From the UHGV virus genome UHGV-0389216: a stretch of DNA of 42,736 nt. One strand, written 5' to 3'. The notes below the pieces were generated by a model. The model was not told the origin of the DNA, did not search any database, and saw only the letters and a program-made list of their open reading frames with translations. Origin of the DNA: a virus. This document shows positions 1 through 8,849 of the stretch, piece by piece (within the stretch, counting starts at the first letter, position 1; every line of letters begins with the position of its first letter). The translations under genes and the position numbers were made by a program.

Positions 1-1
1 T

Positions 2-169
2 AAGGCTGCCGTGGCAGGAATTAGTGGCAAAGTGACAGAGGTTAACCAGCAAAATACCTACCACATTTACGGTGGCGGAGATCCGCACGCTGTCGGTAAT
101 GAGGTTGCACGTCGGCAACAGTCTGCAAATGCTCAGGTCATGCGAAGTAATCAGGTGAGGGTGGGTTAG
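2..169 (+). CDS. 3' end of an upstream tail-module gene (partial, start lies outside window)
   Basis: Frame is open from the window edge to TAG at 167-169, and the stop overlaps the GTG start of the next ORF (TAGTG coupling). No start codon in window. Confidence 0.35.
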   Translation, partial: KAAVAGISGKVTEVNQQNTYHIYGGGDPHAVGNEVARRQQSANAQVMRSNQVRVG

Positions 170-756
170 TGGATATTCTCTCTACACTTTTTCATCAGCA
201 GAGCAGAAAAATAGGAATGATTGTTCCCAGTGTTGTTATTTCAGAGAAGCATACAGATATGCTTGAAATAACAGAGCATCCGGTAGAGGTCGGGGCTGCT
301 GTCGCTGATCATGCCTATAAAAAACCGTCAGAAGTGGTGATGGAGGTTGGTTTCGCCGGTGGCGGCGCATTGCTGGATTTTGCCAGTAACCTGACGGCTA
401 CCAGCCTGCTCGGCCTGAGTCCTCAGCAGACGTATCAGGAGCTACTGGATCTGCAGGAAAGCCGTATCCCCTTCGATGTGGTAACCGGTAAACGGCTGTA
501 CAGCAACATGTTGATCCGGGCGCTGGAAGTGACGACGGACAAGACAACCGAAAACGTCCTGTCCGCCGTCCTCACCCTGAGGGAGGTCCTTATCTCCCGG
601 ACACAGCAGATCACCGTCGCTGATAAAACCAACATGAAGGAAGGGGCCAGCACGTCGGCGGTACAGAACAGCGGCAACAAAACCACAAAGCCTCCAGATA
701 CTTCACTGCTGAAAAGCATCACGGGTAACGTGGTGTCATTACTGGGAGGCGGATAA
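169..756 (+). CDS. phage tail/baseplate-module protein, function unknown
   Basis: 195-aa ORF with GTG start preceded by GAGGGTGGG; translationally coupled to flanking ORFs in a tail gene block. Confidence 0.45.
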   Translation: MDILSTLFHQQSRKIGMIVPSVVISEKHTDMLEITEHPVEVGAAVADHAYKKPSEVVMEVGFAGGGALLDFASNLTATSLLGLSPQQTYQELLDLQESRIPFDVVTGKRLYSNMLIRALEVTTDKTTENVLSAVLTLREVLISRTQQITVADKTNMKEGASTSAVQNSGNKTTKPPDTSLLKSITGNVVSLLGGG

Positions 757-1058
757 TGACAATTCAGGAAATTCCGCTGACAGCGGACAACCAGCAGTTC
801 AGCATCGTCCTGGGTGGTGTCACCTGGCGGATTAGCATCATATGGCGCGATCCTTACTGGATTATGGACCTGCAGAACGACAGAGGGGAGCCGGTAATCT
901 CCGGTATACCTCTCGTCACTGGCGCTGACCTGCTGGCGCAGTACGCCTGTATGGGACTTGGTTTTAAGCTGTTGGTGGTCTGCGATGACAACACACAGGA
1001 TTATCCCACGAAAACTGACCTGGGCGGGCGCAGTCATTTACTGGTATCAACGGAGTAA
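756..1058 (+). CDS. small tail/baseplate-module protein
   Basis: 100-aa ORF; ATG at 756 overlaps previous stop (TAATG); position in baseplate block. Confidence 0.4.
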   Translation: MTIQEIPLTADNQQFSIVLGGVTWRISIIWRDPYWIMDLQNDRGEPVISGIPLVTGADLLAQYACMGLGFKLLVVCDDNTQDYPTKTDLGGRSHLLVSTE

Positions 1059-1060
1059 GC

Positions 1061-2122
1061 ATGACACAGAACTGGATGAGACATTTCGAGCTGCAGCTTG
1101 TGGACGGGAACGGTCAGGGAATTGAGCTAAGTGATTTCAAAGTCACCTTTACGATCGACTGGTTCAACATCAGCAGCGCGTCCCGGGTAGGGACTATCAA
1201 AATTTATAACCTCTCGGCAGATACTGTGAACCGAATTACCGGGCAGGAGTTTTCGAAAGTGCGTCTGATTGCGGGTTACGATGGTATCGCGCCGGAGGTG
1301 TCGGCAAGCGATGTCGGGACCGTGCGGGAGGTTGATGCGGCGGACGTGGGCCAGAGTGATGGCCGCAACTACGGACTGATTTTCAGCGGTGAAATTCGCT
1401 ACTCGGTCACAGGAAAAGACAGCCCGGTTGATTCCTACGTCCTGATTCAGGCAGCCGATACAGATCTGGCTTTTGCCACCAGCATAACTTCGCAGACGCT
1501 GGCGGCCGGTTATACGGTCGCAGACGTGAATCGCGCGCTGATGAAAGACTTCGAGGCCAAAGGCGCGACTGAAGGTCTGACGCCTGAAATGCCTGCTACC
1601 GTTTTCCCCCGGGGCCGGGTGCTATTCGGCATGACACGTCATCTTATGGATAACGTGGCCGGACAATGTGGCGCAACATGGCAGTTCGTGGATGGTCAGC
1701 GCCAGATGGTGGCGAATAACGAATATGTTCACGACGCGATTGTGCTCAGCAGTGCCACGGGGCTTATCGGTATGCCACAGCAGACTATCGGCAACGGCGT
1801 AAACGTCCGCGCGCTGATTAACCCGAACATCCGGGTTAACGGGCTCATTCAGCTGGATCAGGCTTCAGTATTCCGCACCGCGCTGTCGAACAACGATATC
1901 GCGATGGCCGGCGGGCAGATCACCGACCAGAACACGGACGGAAATATCACGCTCAGCGGCACCACATCGCAGCCTGCCAGCATCGCAACGGATGGCGTTT
2001 ATATTGTGCGCGGGATTATGTACAGTGGCGATACAAGGGGCCAGGCGTGGTACATGGATATGATGTGCGAAGCGCGTGGCGCGGCGGATCTGTATACGCA
2101 ATCGGCTTTGCAAAGGGGATGA
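1061..2122 (+). CDS. baseplate hub-like tail protein (putative)
   Basis: 353-aa ORF, ATG 1061 with GGAG upstream; size and position upstream of spike/J-like genes. Assignment is positional. Confidence 0.45.
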   Translation: MTQNWMRHFELQLVDGNGQGIELSDFKVTFTIDWFNISSASRVGTIKIYNLSADTVNRITGQEFSKVRLIAGYDGIAPEVSASDVGTVREVDAADVGQSDGRNYGLIFSGEIRYSVTGKDSPVDSYVLIQAADTDLAFATSITSQTLAAGYTVADVNRALMKDFEAKGATEGLTPEMPATVFPRGRVLFGMTRHLMDNVAGQCGATWQFVDGQRQMVANNEYVHDAIVLSSATGLIGMPQQTIGNGVNVRALINPNIRVNGLIQLDQASVFRTALSNNDIAMAGGQITDQNTDGNITLSGTTSQPASIATDGVYIVRGIMYSGDTRGQAWYMDMMCEARGAADLYTQSALQRG

Positions 2123-2125
2123 GCA

Positions 2126-2467
2126 ATGAGGGGTATTATTTTTCTGTTAGCTGTCTTTTCTGCGTGCAGCGCGTGGGCGGATGGCTTCACGGTTAAATGC
2201 GGTGGCTACACTATGGTTGCAAACCAGGGCGAGTTATCGACAATCAACGGTGAAAGAGTTACCTCTCAAAAAATCACCGAACTGGGTACCAATGGTTTGA
2301 AAGTAGACATGGGGCTTATGCCTGCCAAAGACGGTAACAACTACGGCTTTGAATACATTCGTCGCCCTGGTACCGAAACGCGATTCCTGAATGTCCAACT
2401 GCTGCAGAACAGCATGGATGCGCCGAAAATCATCGGTTCCTTTCCATGCAAAAAGATTGTTGATTAA
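2126..2467 (+). CDS. small secreted protein / possible lipoprotein (moron)
   Basis: 113 aa; N-terminal signal peptide MRGIIFLLAVFSACSAW with lipobox-like FSAC; inserted between baseplate genes. Confidence 0.5.
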   Translation: MRGIIFLLAVFSACSAWADGFTVKCGGYTMVANQGELSTINGERVTSQKITELGTNGLKVDMGLMPAKDGNNYGFEYIRRPGTETRFLNVQLLQNSMDAPKIIGSFPCKKIVD

Positions 2468-2520
2468 TCACTCGTAATTATAATGTGATACTTCTACTTT
2501 CACGATAAGGAATTTGTCGC

Positions 2521-2760
2521 ATGTTCGGATTTGATAAATTAATAACTCCAAAAATCATCAACGTTCTGTATGGCATCACAATGTTACTTCTGGTTGTTGC
2601 CGCCATTATAACGTTTGTTAATGGGAAGGCTGCTGGCGCTTTAGTGCTTTTGTTATGTGCTGTATTTTGCCGAATATTCTTTGAGTGCATCATGGTTTCA
2701 TTTAAAAACAATGAGTATCTTCGCCGAATAGCTGAAGCGTTAGAAGCAAACAAGCAGTAA
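2521..2760 (+). CDS. small two-helix membrane protein (moron)
   Basis: 79 aa with two hydrophobic segments (ITMLLLVVAAIITFV; ALVLLLCAVFCRIFF); AT-rich upstream region; followed by terminator. Confidence 0.45.
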   Translation: MFGFDKLITPKIINVLYGITMLLLVVAAIITFVNGKAAGALVLLLCAVFCRIFFECIMVSFKNNEYLRRIAEALEANKQ

Positions 2761-2778
2761 TGAAACTTCAATAATGAA

Positions 2779-2800
2779 CCCGCCACCCGGCGGGTTTTTT
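2779..2800 (+). terminator. rho-independent terminator
   Basis: CCCGCC-ACCC-GGCGGG hairpin followed by TTTTTT. Confidence 0.7.
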
Positions 2801-2819
2801 GCTTTCTGGAGCCTACTAA

Positions 2820-3572
2820 ATGGCAGTATCTGACCAGACCCGCAGCGGCGACCTTGCTGAAACATTCAAATCTGAACGGGAAACAACAAAGAACCAGATC
2901 CGTGTCGCCTTGCCTGGCATTGTTCAGTCATTCGATCCCGACGCGGTGACGGCGGTTGTGCAGCCAGCTATCCGTTCGGTTGAAAAGGATAACGACGGTA
3001 ACCGCATTACCAAAAATTACCCGTTGCTGGTGGATGTGCCAGTGGTATTTCCGCGCGGCGGAGGCTGTACGTTGACTTTTCCGGTTAAAGCCGGGGATGA
3101 GTGTCTTGTCGTTTTTGCCGATCGTTGTATTGATTTCTGGTGGCAGAGCGGTGGGATACAGGAGCCGGTCGATGACAGAATGCATGATTTATCGGATGCG
3201 TTTTGTATTGTCGGTCCCCAGTCGCAGGCGAGGAAGATTAGCGGTATTAATACCAGTGCTACACAGTTGCGTAGTGACGACGGCAGCACCTATTTTGAGC
3301 TTAATCCTGATACCAGGAAAATTAAAATTGTCGCTCCGGGGGGCCTTGATGTGGTTGCCCCTCTGGCTGATTTTTCTGAGAAAGTAACCATTCATGGCCT
3401 GTTAACCTGGATGGGGGGCATGGTGGGGTCTGTTGTTTCTGGTGTAGCTTCAAAAATCACTGGTGCTGTTGAGTTTTTGGGTAGCGTGAAGGCTAACGGC
3501 AAGCCAATCGATGATACGCACACTCATGGCGGTGTTCAGCGCGGTGGAAGCAATACCGATGGGGTAAACTGA
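2820..3572 (+). CDS. baseplate assembly/spike protein (gpV-like, putative)
   Basis: 250-aa ORF, ATG 2820 after CTGGAG; position before small baseplate protein and J-like gene; Gly-rich C-terminus. Confidence 0.5.
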   Translation: MAVSDQTRSGDLAETFKSERETTKNQIRVALPGIVQSFDPDAVTAVVQPAIRSVEKDNDGNRITKNYPLLVDVPVVFPRGGGCTLTFPVKAGDECLVVFADRCIDFWWQSGGIQEPVDDRMHDLSDAFCIVGPQSQARKISGINTSATQLRSDDGSTYFELNPDTRKIKIVAPGGLDVVAPLADFSEKVTIHGLLTWMGGMVGSVVSGVASKITGAVEFLGSVKANGKPIDDTHTHGGVQRGGSNTDGVN

Positions 3573-3925
3573 TGCGATACAGACGTGAAGACGCCGATGG
3601 CGATTACACCTTTGGCAGCGGTGATGACACCTGGCTGATTAACTCACCGGAGGCCGTGGCGCAGGCGGTAAAAACGCGATTCGAATTGTGGTATGGGCAA
3701 TGGTTTCTCGACACCACCGAAGGGACTCCGTGGATCCAGTCCGTGCTCGGTAAGCAGAAGCCGGAAACCTACAACCTGGCGATCCGTAAGCGCATCCTCG
3801 AAACGCAGGGCGTTAAATCAATCCTCTCTTTCAATACGACGGTGGATACCACGACCCGACGTGTCATGTTTTCCGCTGAAATCGACACTCTTTATGGAAT
3901 AACGACTGTTACATCGGAGGCGTAA
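3572..3925 (+). CDS. small baseplate protein (gpW/gp25-like, putative)
   Basis: 117 aa; start overlaps previous stop (TGATG); conserved V-W-J-I type order. Confidence 0.45.
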   Translation: MRYRREDADGDYTFGSGDDTWLINSPEAVAQAVKTRFELWYGQWFLDTTEGTPWIQSVLGKQKPETYNLAIRKRILETQGVKSILSFNTTVDTTTRRVMFSAEIDTLYGITTVTSEA

Positions 3926-5124
3926 TGGCTCTGAACCTTGATTCTCTCGGTTTATCTGCAAAGGTAACCGCGGAGGGGATCAGTGCGCCTGATTATCAGA
4001 CGATACTCAGCACCCTGATTAGCTATTTTCAGCAGATTTATGGCAGTGATGCCTACCTCGAACCGGACAGCAAAGACGGCCAGATGGTGGCTCTGATGGC
4101 GCTGGCGATTCATGATGCCAATAATATGGCGATAACTGTCTACAACTGTTTTTCACCGGCAACCGGCTATGGGGCCGCACTGACCAGTAACGTGAAAATA
4201 AATGGTATTTCACGTAAAGGCGCGACGAATTCTACGGTTGATTTGCTTCTTACAGGAACTGCCGGAACAACCATCATTAATGGCAGCGTGAAAGACAGTA
4301 ATAATGTGATATGGCGTTTGCCTGTTTCAGTGGTGGTCGGCGTGGATGGTACAGTGATGGTGACCGCAACATGTTCCGTCAGTGGTGCAGTGGCGGCGCT
4401 GGCTGGAACAATCACTGAAATTAATACGCCAACCCGTGGCTGGGTTTCGGTAACTAATCCTGCTGCGGCTACTGTTGGCTCTCCGGCAGAAACTGATGCT
4501 GAGTTACGTATCCGCCAGTCGCAAAGTGTTGCGTTGCCATCAATAACCCCATTTGAAGCACTGGATGGTGCTGTTTCTAATGTTGTCGGTGTAACCCGCC
4601 ACAAACTCTATGAAAACGATACTGGTTCGGAGGACGGTAACGGGTTACCGCCACACTCTGTTGCTGTAATTGTGGATGGTGGTGATGTGACGGATATTGC
4701 TCAGGCTATCAGAGGGAATAAAGGCCAGGGGACAGCCACTCACGGTACAACATCCGTTACGGTTCCGGATAAATACGGCAATCCCCATGTAATCAAATTC
4801 TCGCGTTCCAGTGATGTGCCTGTTTATGCCCGGATTAAATTAAAAGTTTTTACGGGTTATACCTCACAGATAGGGCAGCAGATCCAGCAGGCTATTTCCG
4901 ACTATATCAATAGTCTGATGATTGGTGATTCGGTCCTTTTAAGTCGCATTTACTCACCGGCGAATCTTGGCGTGGTGAGTGGCGGGAATGCACGCTATTA
5001 CGATATTCAGGAACTGACGATTGGTAAATCCCCGGGGGCTTTGTCGTCATCAAACATTGATATCAGATACAACGAATCTGCGTCCTGTACCCCGGAAAAT
5101 ATCGTTATAACGGTGGAGTCATGA
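3925..5124 (+). CDS. baseplate J-like protein
   Basis: 399 aa; ATG 3925 after GGAGG, overlaps previous stop; size and order typical of baseplate J. Confidence 0.55.
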   Translation: MALNLDSLGLSAKVTAEGISAPDYQTILSTLISYFQQIYGSDAYLEPDSKDGQMVALMALAIHDANNMAITVYNCFSPATGYGAALTSNVKINGISRKGATNSTVDLLLTGTAGTTIINGSVKDSNNVIWRLPVSVVVGVDGTVMVTATCSVSGAVAALAGTITEINTPTRGWVSVTNPAAATVGSPAETDAELRIRQSQSVALPSITPFEALDGAVSNVVGVTRHKLYENDTGSEDGNGLPPHSVAVIVDGGDVTDIAQAIRGNKGQGTATHGTTSVTVPDKYGNPHVIKFSRSSDVPVYARIKLKVFTGYTSQIGQQIQQAISDYINSLMIGDSVLLSRIYSPANLGVVSGGNARYYDIQELTIGKSPGALSSSNIDIRYNESASCTPENIVITVES

Positions 5125-5801
5125 GCAAATACACCGAACTAATCACGAACTACCACGCCACCAAACCTAAATTTCTTGCACATGTTGATCTGATGACCCG
5201 GCCGCTTATTGATGTTGCGGCTGCCACCAGAGGGCTGATTACTGCATTTGATATTGACTCTGCGGTTGGTGTGCAACTTGACATTCTGGGATTGTGGATC
5301 GGACGTAGCCGTGTTGTCAGCCAGCCTATCTCAGGTGTCTATTTCAGCTGGGATACCGACGGGCTTGGATATGATCAGGGTGTATGGCAGGGACCATACG
5401 ATCCTGATTTAGGATACATGTATCTCAGCGATGAAACTTATCGTGTCATTCTTAAAGCGAAGATTGCGATTAATAACTGGGACGGACGGAATGATTCGCT
5501 TCCGGCAATTCTTGACGCGGCAACAGCAGGATCCGGGCTGCGAATGCAGATAGTCGATAACCAGGACATGACGATATCGGTCTGGGTCTTTCCTGATACT
5601 GATATTTCAGATGTATCGCGTGAGTTAATTGCGGCAATTAAACAGGGGTATCTCACAGTAAAAGCCGCCGGGGTATGGGCGGGTGGCATTGAAACACCTT
5701 CTGTGGAAACCCCATCGGAAGGTTCAAAATTTTTTGGTTTTGATATGGATAACGAATTCATCAGTGGTTTTGATGTAGGGGCATGGGGAGTATTACTCTG
5801 A
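5121..5801 (+). CDS. baseplate/tail protein I-like
   Basis: 226 aa; ATGA overlap with J-like gene; precedes tail fibre gene. Confidence 0.45.
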   Translation: MSKYTELITNYHATKPKFLAHVDLMTRPLIDVAAATRGLITAFDIDSAVGVQLDILGLWIGRSRVVSQPISGVYFSWDTDGLGYDQGVWQGPYDPDLGYMYLSDETYRVILKAKIAINNWDGRNDSLPAILDAATAGSGLRMQIVDNQDMTISVWVFPDTDISDVSRELIAAIKQGYLTVKAAGVWAGGIETPSVETPSEGSKFFGFDMDNEFISGFDVGAWGVLL

Positions 5802-6868
5802 TGGCAAAAAATGACTTTAAAGCATTCGCAACGGGTAAAAATGCCAATGTTATGCCGCAGGAGGAATGGGAAGCGTTGCCTGCGCTTTTATCCGGATTTA
5901 CAGCAGGGAAAGCATCCAGTGCGCAGGTGAACAAAGCCATTCGACAGGCCAGCTTTATTACGGCAGCGCTTGCACAGTACACAGCTAATAAAAGTGGGCT
6001 GGATGTGCTTGATGATGGTGACCTGAACGGGTTTATCTCCAAAATGGAAGCGGCTTTGGGGAAGGATTTCCAGGCGCTTGACGCCACGCTCACTGCACTG
6101 GCAGGCCTTGCCACTGCGGCAGACAAACTTCCGTATTTTACGGGGAATGATACAGCCAGCCTGACAACCCTGACTAACGTTGGACGGAATATTCTGGATA
6201 AAGCAAGCACACAGGCGGTTATTCAATATCTTGGTCTGAGCGATGCAAGTGGATACGTTGGACGCTGGCTGAATACCCGGGTTTTCACCTCATCAGGTAC
6301 GTACACCCCGACGCCAGGAACAAAACGGATCAGGGTCACAATAACGGGCGGCGGTGGCGGAGGGGGCGGCTGCAAGGCTACATCCAATAATGAAACGTTT
6401 TTCGGTGCTGGCGGTGGGGCCGGTGGAACAATAATTTCAATAATGACCCCGACACAGAATAGTTATCCAGTCACTATCGGCGCAGGTGGGGCCGGTGGTG
6501 TTAGTGCAACGTACGGCATCAATGGCGGTAATAGCTTATTCGCATCGTTAATTGCTCCTGGTGGCGCAGGCGGCGGAAAGTCAGGAGTCACAAACACAAA
6601 TGGTGGTAACGGAGGTGTGCCGAGTACTGGCAATATCAATATCATTGGTGGATGTGGAGGCGACGGTCAGTCCGGAAATATCGGCGTCAGCGGTGAAGGC
6701 GGAACATCGTACTGGGGAGGTGGTGGACGCGCAGGCGCTGGCGGTGGCGTTAGCGGTAAGGCATATGGTTCAGGCGGAGGTGGTGCATACGATGCTGGTT
6801 ATAGCGGAACCAGTATGACGGGCGGGAAAGGCGCTTCAGGGATTTGTATTATCGAGGAGTTTGCATAA
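5801..6868 (+). CDS. tail fibre protein with glycine-rich C-terminal domain
   Basis: ATG at 5801 overlaps previous stop (TGATG). N-terminus MAKNDFKAF...; C-terminal half is GGxGG-rich (TGGGGGGGGC...GAGGAGG...GGNGG). Confidence 0.6.
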   Translation: MAKNDFKAFATGKNANVMPQEEWEALPALLSGFTAGKASSAQVNKAIRQASFITAALAQYTANKSGLDVLDDGDLNGFISKMEAALGKDFQALDATLTALAGLATAADKLPYFTGNDTASLTTLTNVGRNILDKASTQAVIQYLGLSDASGYVGRWLNTRVFTSSGTYTPTPGTKRIRVTITGGGGGGGGCKATSNNETFFGAGGGAGGTIISIMTPTQNSYPVTIGAGGAGGVSATYGINGGNSLFASLIAPGGAGGGKSGVTNTNGGNGGVPSTGNINIIGGCGGDGQSGNIGVSGEGGTSYWGGGGRAGAGGGVSGKAYGSGGGGAYDAGYSGTSMTGGKGASGICIIEEFA

Positions 6869-7284
6869 TGAATGCGTCATATGCAGTTATTGAAAATGGG
6901 ATGGTTGTGAATGTCATTGTCTGGGATGGCGAGGCTGAATTCACAGTGCCGGATAATCAGCAGCTCATTGATATTTCTGATATCAGTGAGCATCCCGGAA
7001 TCGGCTGGGCGTATTCAGACGGGGGATTTACTGCGCCGCTCCCTCCGGAACGTTCTCATGATGAACTGGTAGCTGACGCTGAACAGAAAAAACAGTCGTT
7101 GGTAGACGCAGCAATGGTCAATATCAGCGTGATTCAGTTAAAGCTGCAGGCCGGGCGCAAACTGACGCAAGAAGAAACTACCCGACTTAACGTTGTGCTG
7201 GATTATATCGACGCTGTGACGGCAACAGATACCAGCACTGCACCGGATATTGAGTGGCCGGATGAACCGTGCTTCGCTGAATAA
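6868..7284 (+). CDS. tail fibre assembly protein (Tfa-like)
   Basis: 138 aa from ATG 6868 (TAATG overlap with fibre gene); C-terminal ...DIEWPDEP resembles Tfa chaperones; last gene of tail block. Confidence 0.5.
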   Translation: MNASYAVIENGMVVNVIVWDGEAEFTVPDNQQLIDISDISEHPGIGWAYSDGGFTAPLPPERSHDELVADAEQKKQSLVDAAMVNISVIQLKLQAGRKLTQEETTRLNVVLDYIDAVTATDTSTAPDIEWPDEPCFAE

Positions 7285-7539
7285 AATCTGTTGAGAAGTG
7301 GTTTAATTGTATCTCAATTCTTTTTGAGTAATAAAAGTAGGACAAAGCTGAGACAAATAAAGCCTCGCAATGGTTGCAGGCTTTGAACACTTCTATATTG
7401 AGTATGTGACGAGGTTTTGTTTATTTACATTCTATATATTGATCTCAATTTTTATGAATGTAGAGCATACGGATAAACCGCAGTGTGATTAGAGTCAAGG
7501 TAATAACTGTTGACTCTAATCATTGCAAAGTAACTTTAT

Positions 7540-8607
7540 TTATTGAAATTTATCTCGGATGAATTGCTGCGATGGTTTTTCAATGAATATATATGACATA
7601 TAGCTAATTGCCATTAATGTAAGCATGAATAAAATGAATACATTGGAGCTGTAAAAAAGATCGCGTCCATAGCCAATCCTGTCAGCTAAATAAACAGCAA
7701 TGATTTGCAAAGGAAAATGTAAAAGATAAGATGAATAACTGATATCACCCAACCATTCAATTTTCTTCCCAAAGTCGTTTCGCATTGCGCTAATTGATAC
7801 AAGGAAAAATATTATGGAGGTAAATCCAAATAAAATAATTGAGAATATATCTGCTACTTGCAGGATAAAAATAACTCCCCACGAGATTAATAGAAAAACA
7901 CAAGCGAAAATAAAAAATGATTTTGTGCCAATATTTTTTATGAACGCAATCGTAATTTTATAGGTCAGACCACCAATAAAGAAAGAGAATGCGCCGATCA
8001 TTATGGGATTGTTAATTTTGAAAAAGTAGTACGACAATGCAACTATTAAAATTGATATGAATGTTGTTTTTGATGTGAACTTGCATAATATAAAAAATAT
8101 CATGTACATAAGTACTTCAATCGACACGGACCATGTCGGTGCGTTGAAGGACCAACCTCGCTCAAATCCCCATGATTGAATCATCAATAAATTCAGAATG
8201 GCATGGTAAATGTCATTCATAGGATAAACAAAAAAATAATTATAACTTTTAAAGAAAATAATTTGTAATATTACCACGACAGCAAATGTAAATATATAAA
8301 GTGGATATAATCTACTGACACGGTTAACTATAAAAGTTTTTGCTGAGGTTTTATTGCTGTGTATATTGTCAGCGTATAGATAAAAAAATATGAATCCAGA
8401 AATCATAAAAAACAATTCGACAGCATATAAACCGTAATGATAAAAGACGGAAAAAAATTCATAAAAAGGTTGGCGGTTTATGATTATGTCAGATGCAGCA
8501 TTCTTTTTCATAAAAAAATGTTGCCAATGCCATAACACAACTGAAAGTGCGGCAAATCCTCTCAGAACATCTAGGGTATATATTCTTTTCCCAAAAACAT
8601 TCGTCAC
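7540..8607 (-). CDS. acyltransferase family 3 membrane protein, O-antigen acetylase-like
   Basis: 355 aa, GTG start. N-terminal LDVLRGFAALSVVLWHWQHFF motif and about 10 hydrophobic helices as in Oac/OafA-type acyltransferases; strongly AT-rich; opposite strand to tail genes. Confidence 0.75.
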   Translation of the reverse strand: MTNVFGKRIYTLDVLRGFAALSVVLWHWQHFFMKKNAASDIIINRQPFYEFFSVFYHYGLYAVELFFMISGFIFFYLYADNIHSNKTSAKTFIVNRVSRLYPLYIFTFAVVVILQIIFFKSYNYFFVYPMNDIYHAILNLLMIQSWGFERGWSFNAPTWSVSIEVLMYMIFFILCKFTSKTTFISILIVALSYYFFKINNPIMIGAFSFFIGGLTYKITIAFIKNIGTKSFFIFACVFLLISWGVIFILQVADIFSIILFGFTSIIFFLVSISAMRNDFGKKIEWLGDISYSSYLLHFPLQIIAVYLADRIGYGRDLFYSSNVFILFMLTLMAISYMSYIFIEKPSQQFIRDKFQ

Positions 8608-8849
8608 AACGAACCTCTTTTAATAAAGTCAAGTGATAATGAAAAGTAAATATTGTAAACGAAAAAACACTGGACTGGAACATATATCTCTGCCTGTAAT
8701 TTAACCAAGATAGTTTTACTAACATAATCATAATTCGTTTATATGAACACATCCCGTTTGCAAGGCATCCATTGTTATGACATTGACGGTAGGTTGCAGC
8801 TTTATATCCGGCTTTTTGCAGCCGCAAAGCTGCTAGCCCCTATGTAATT

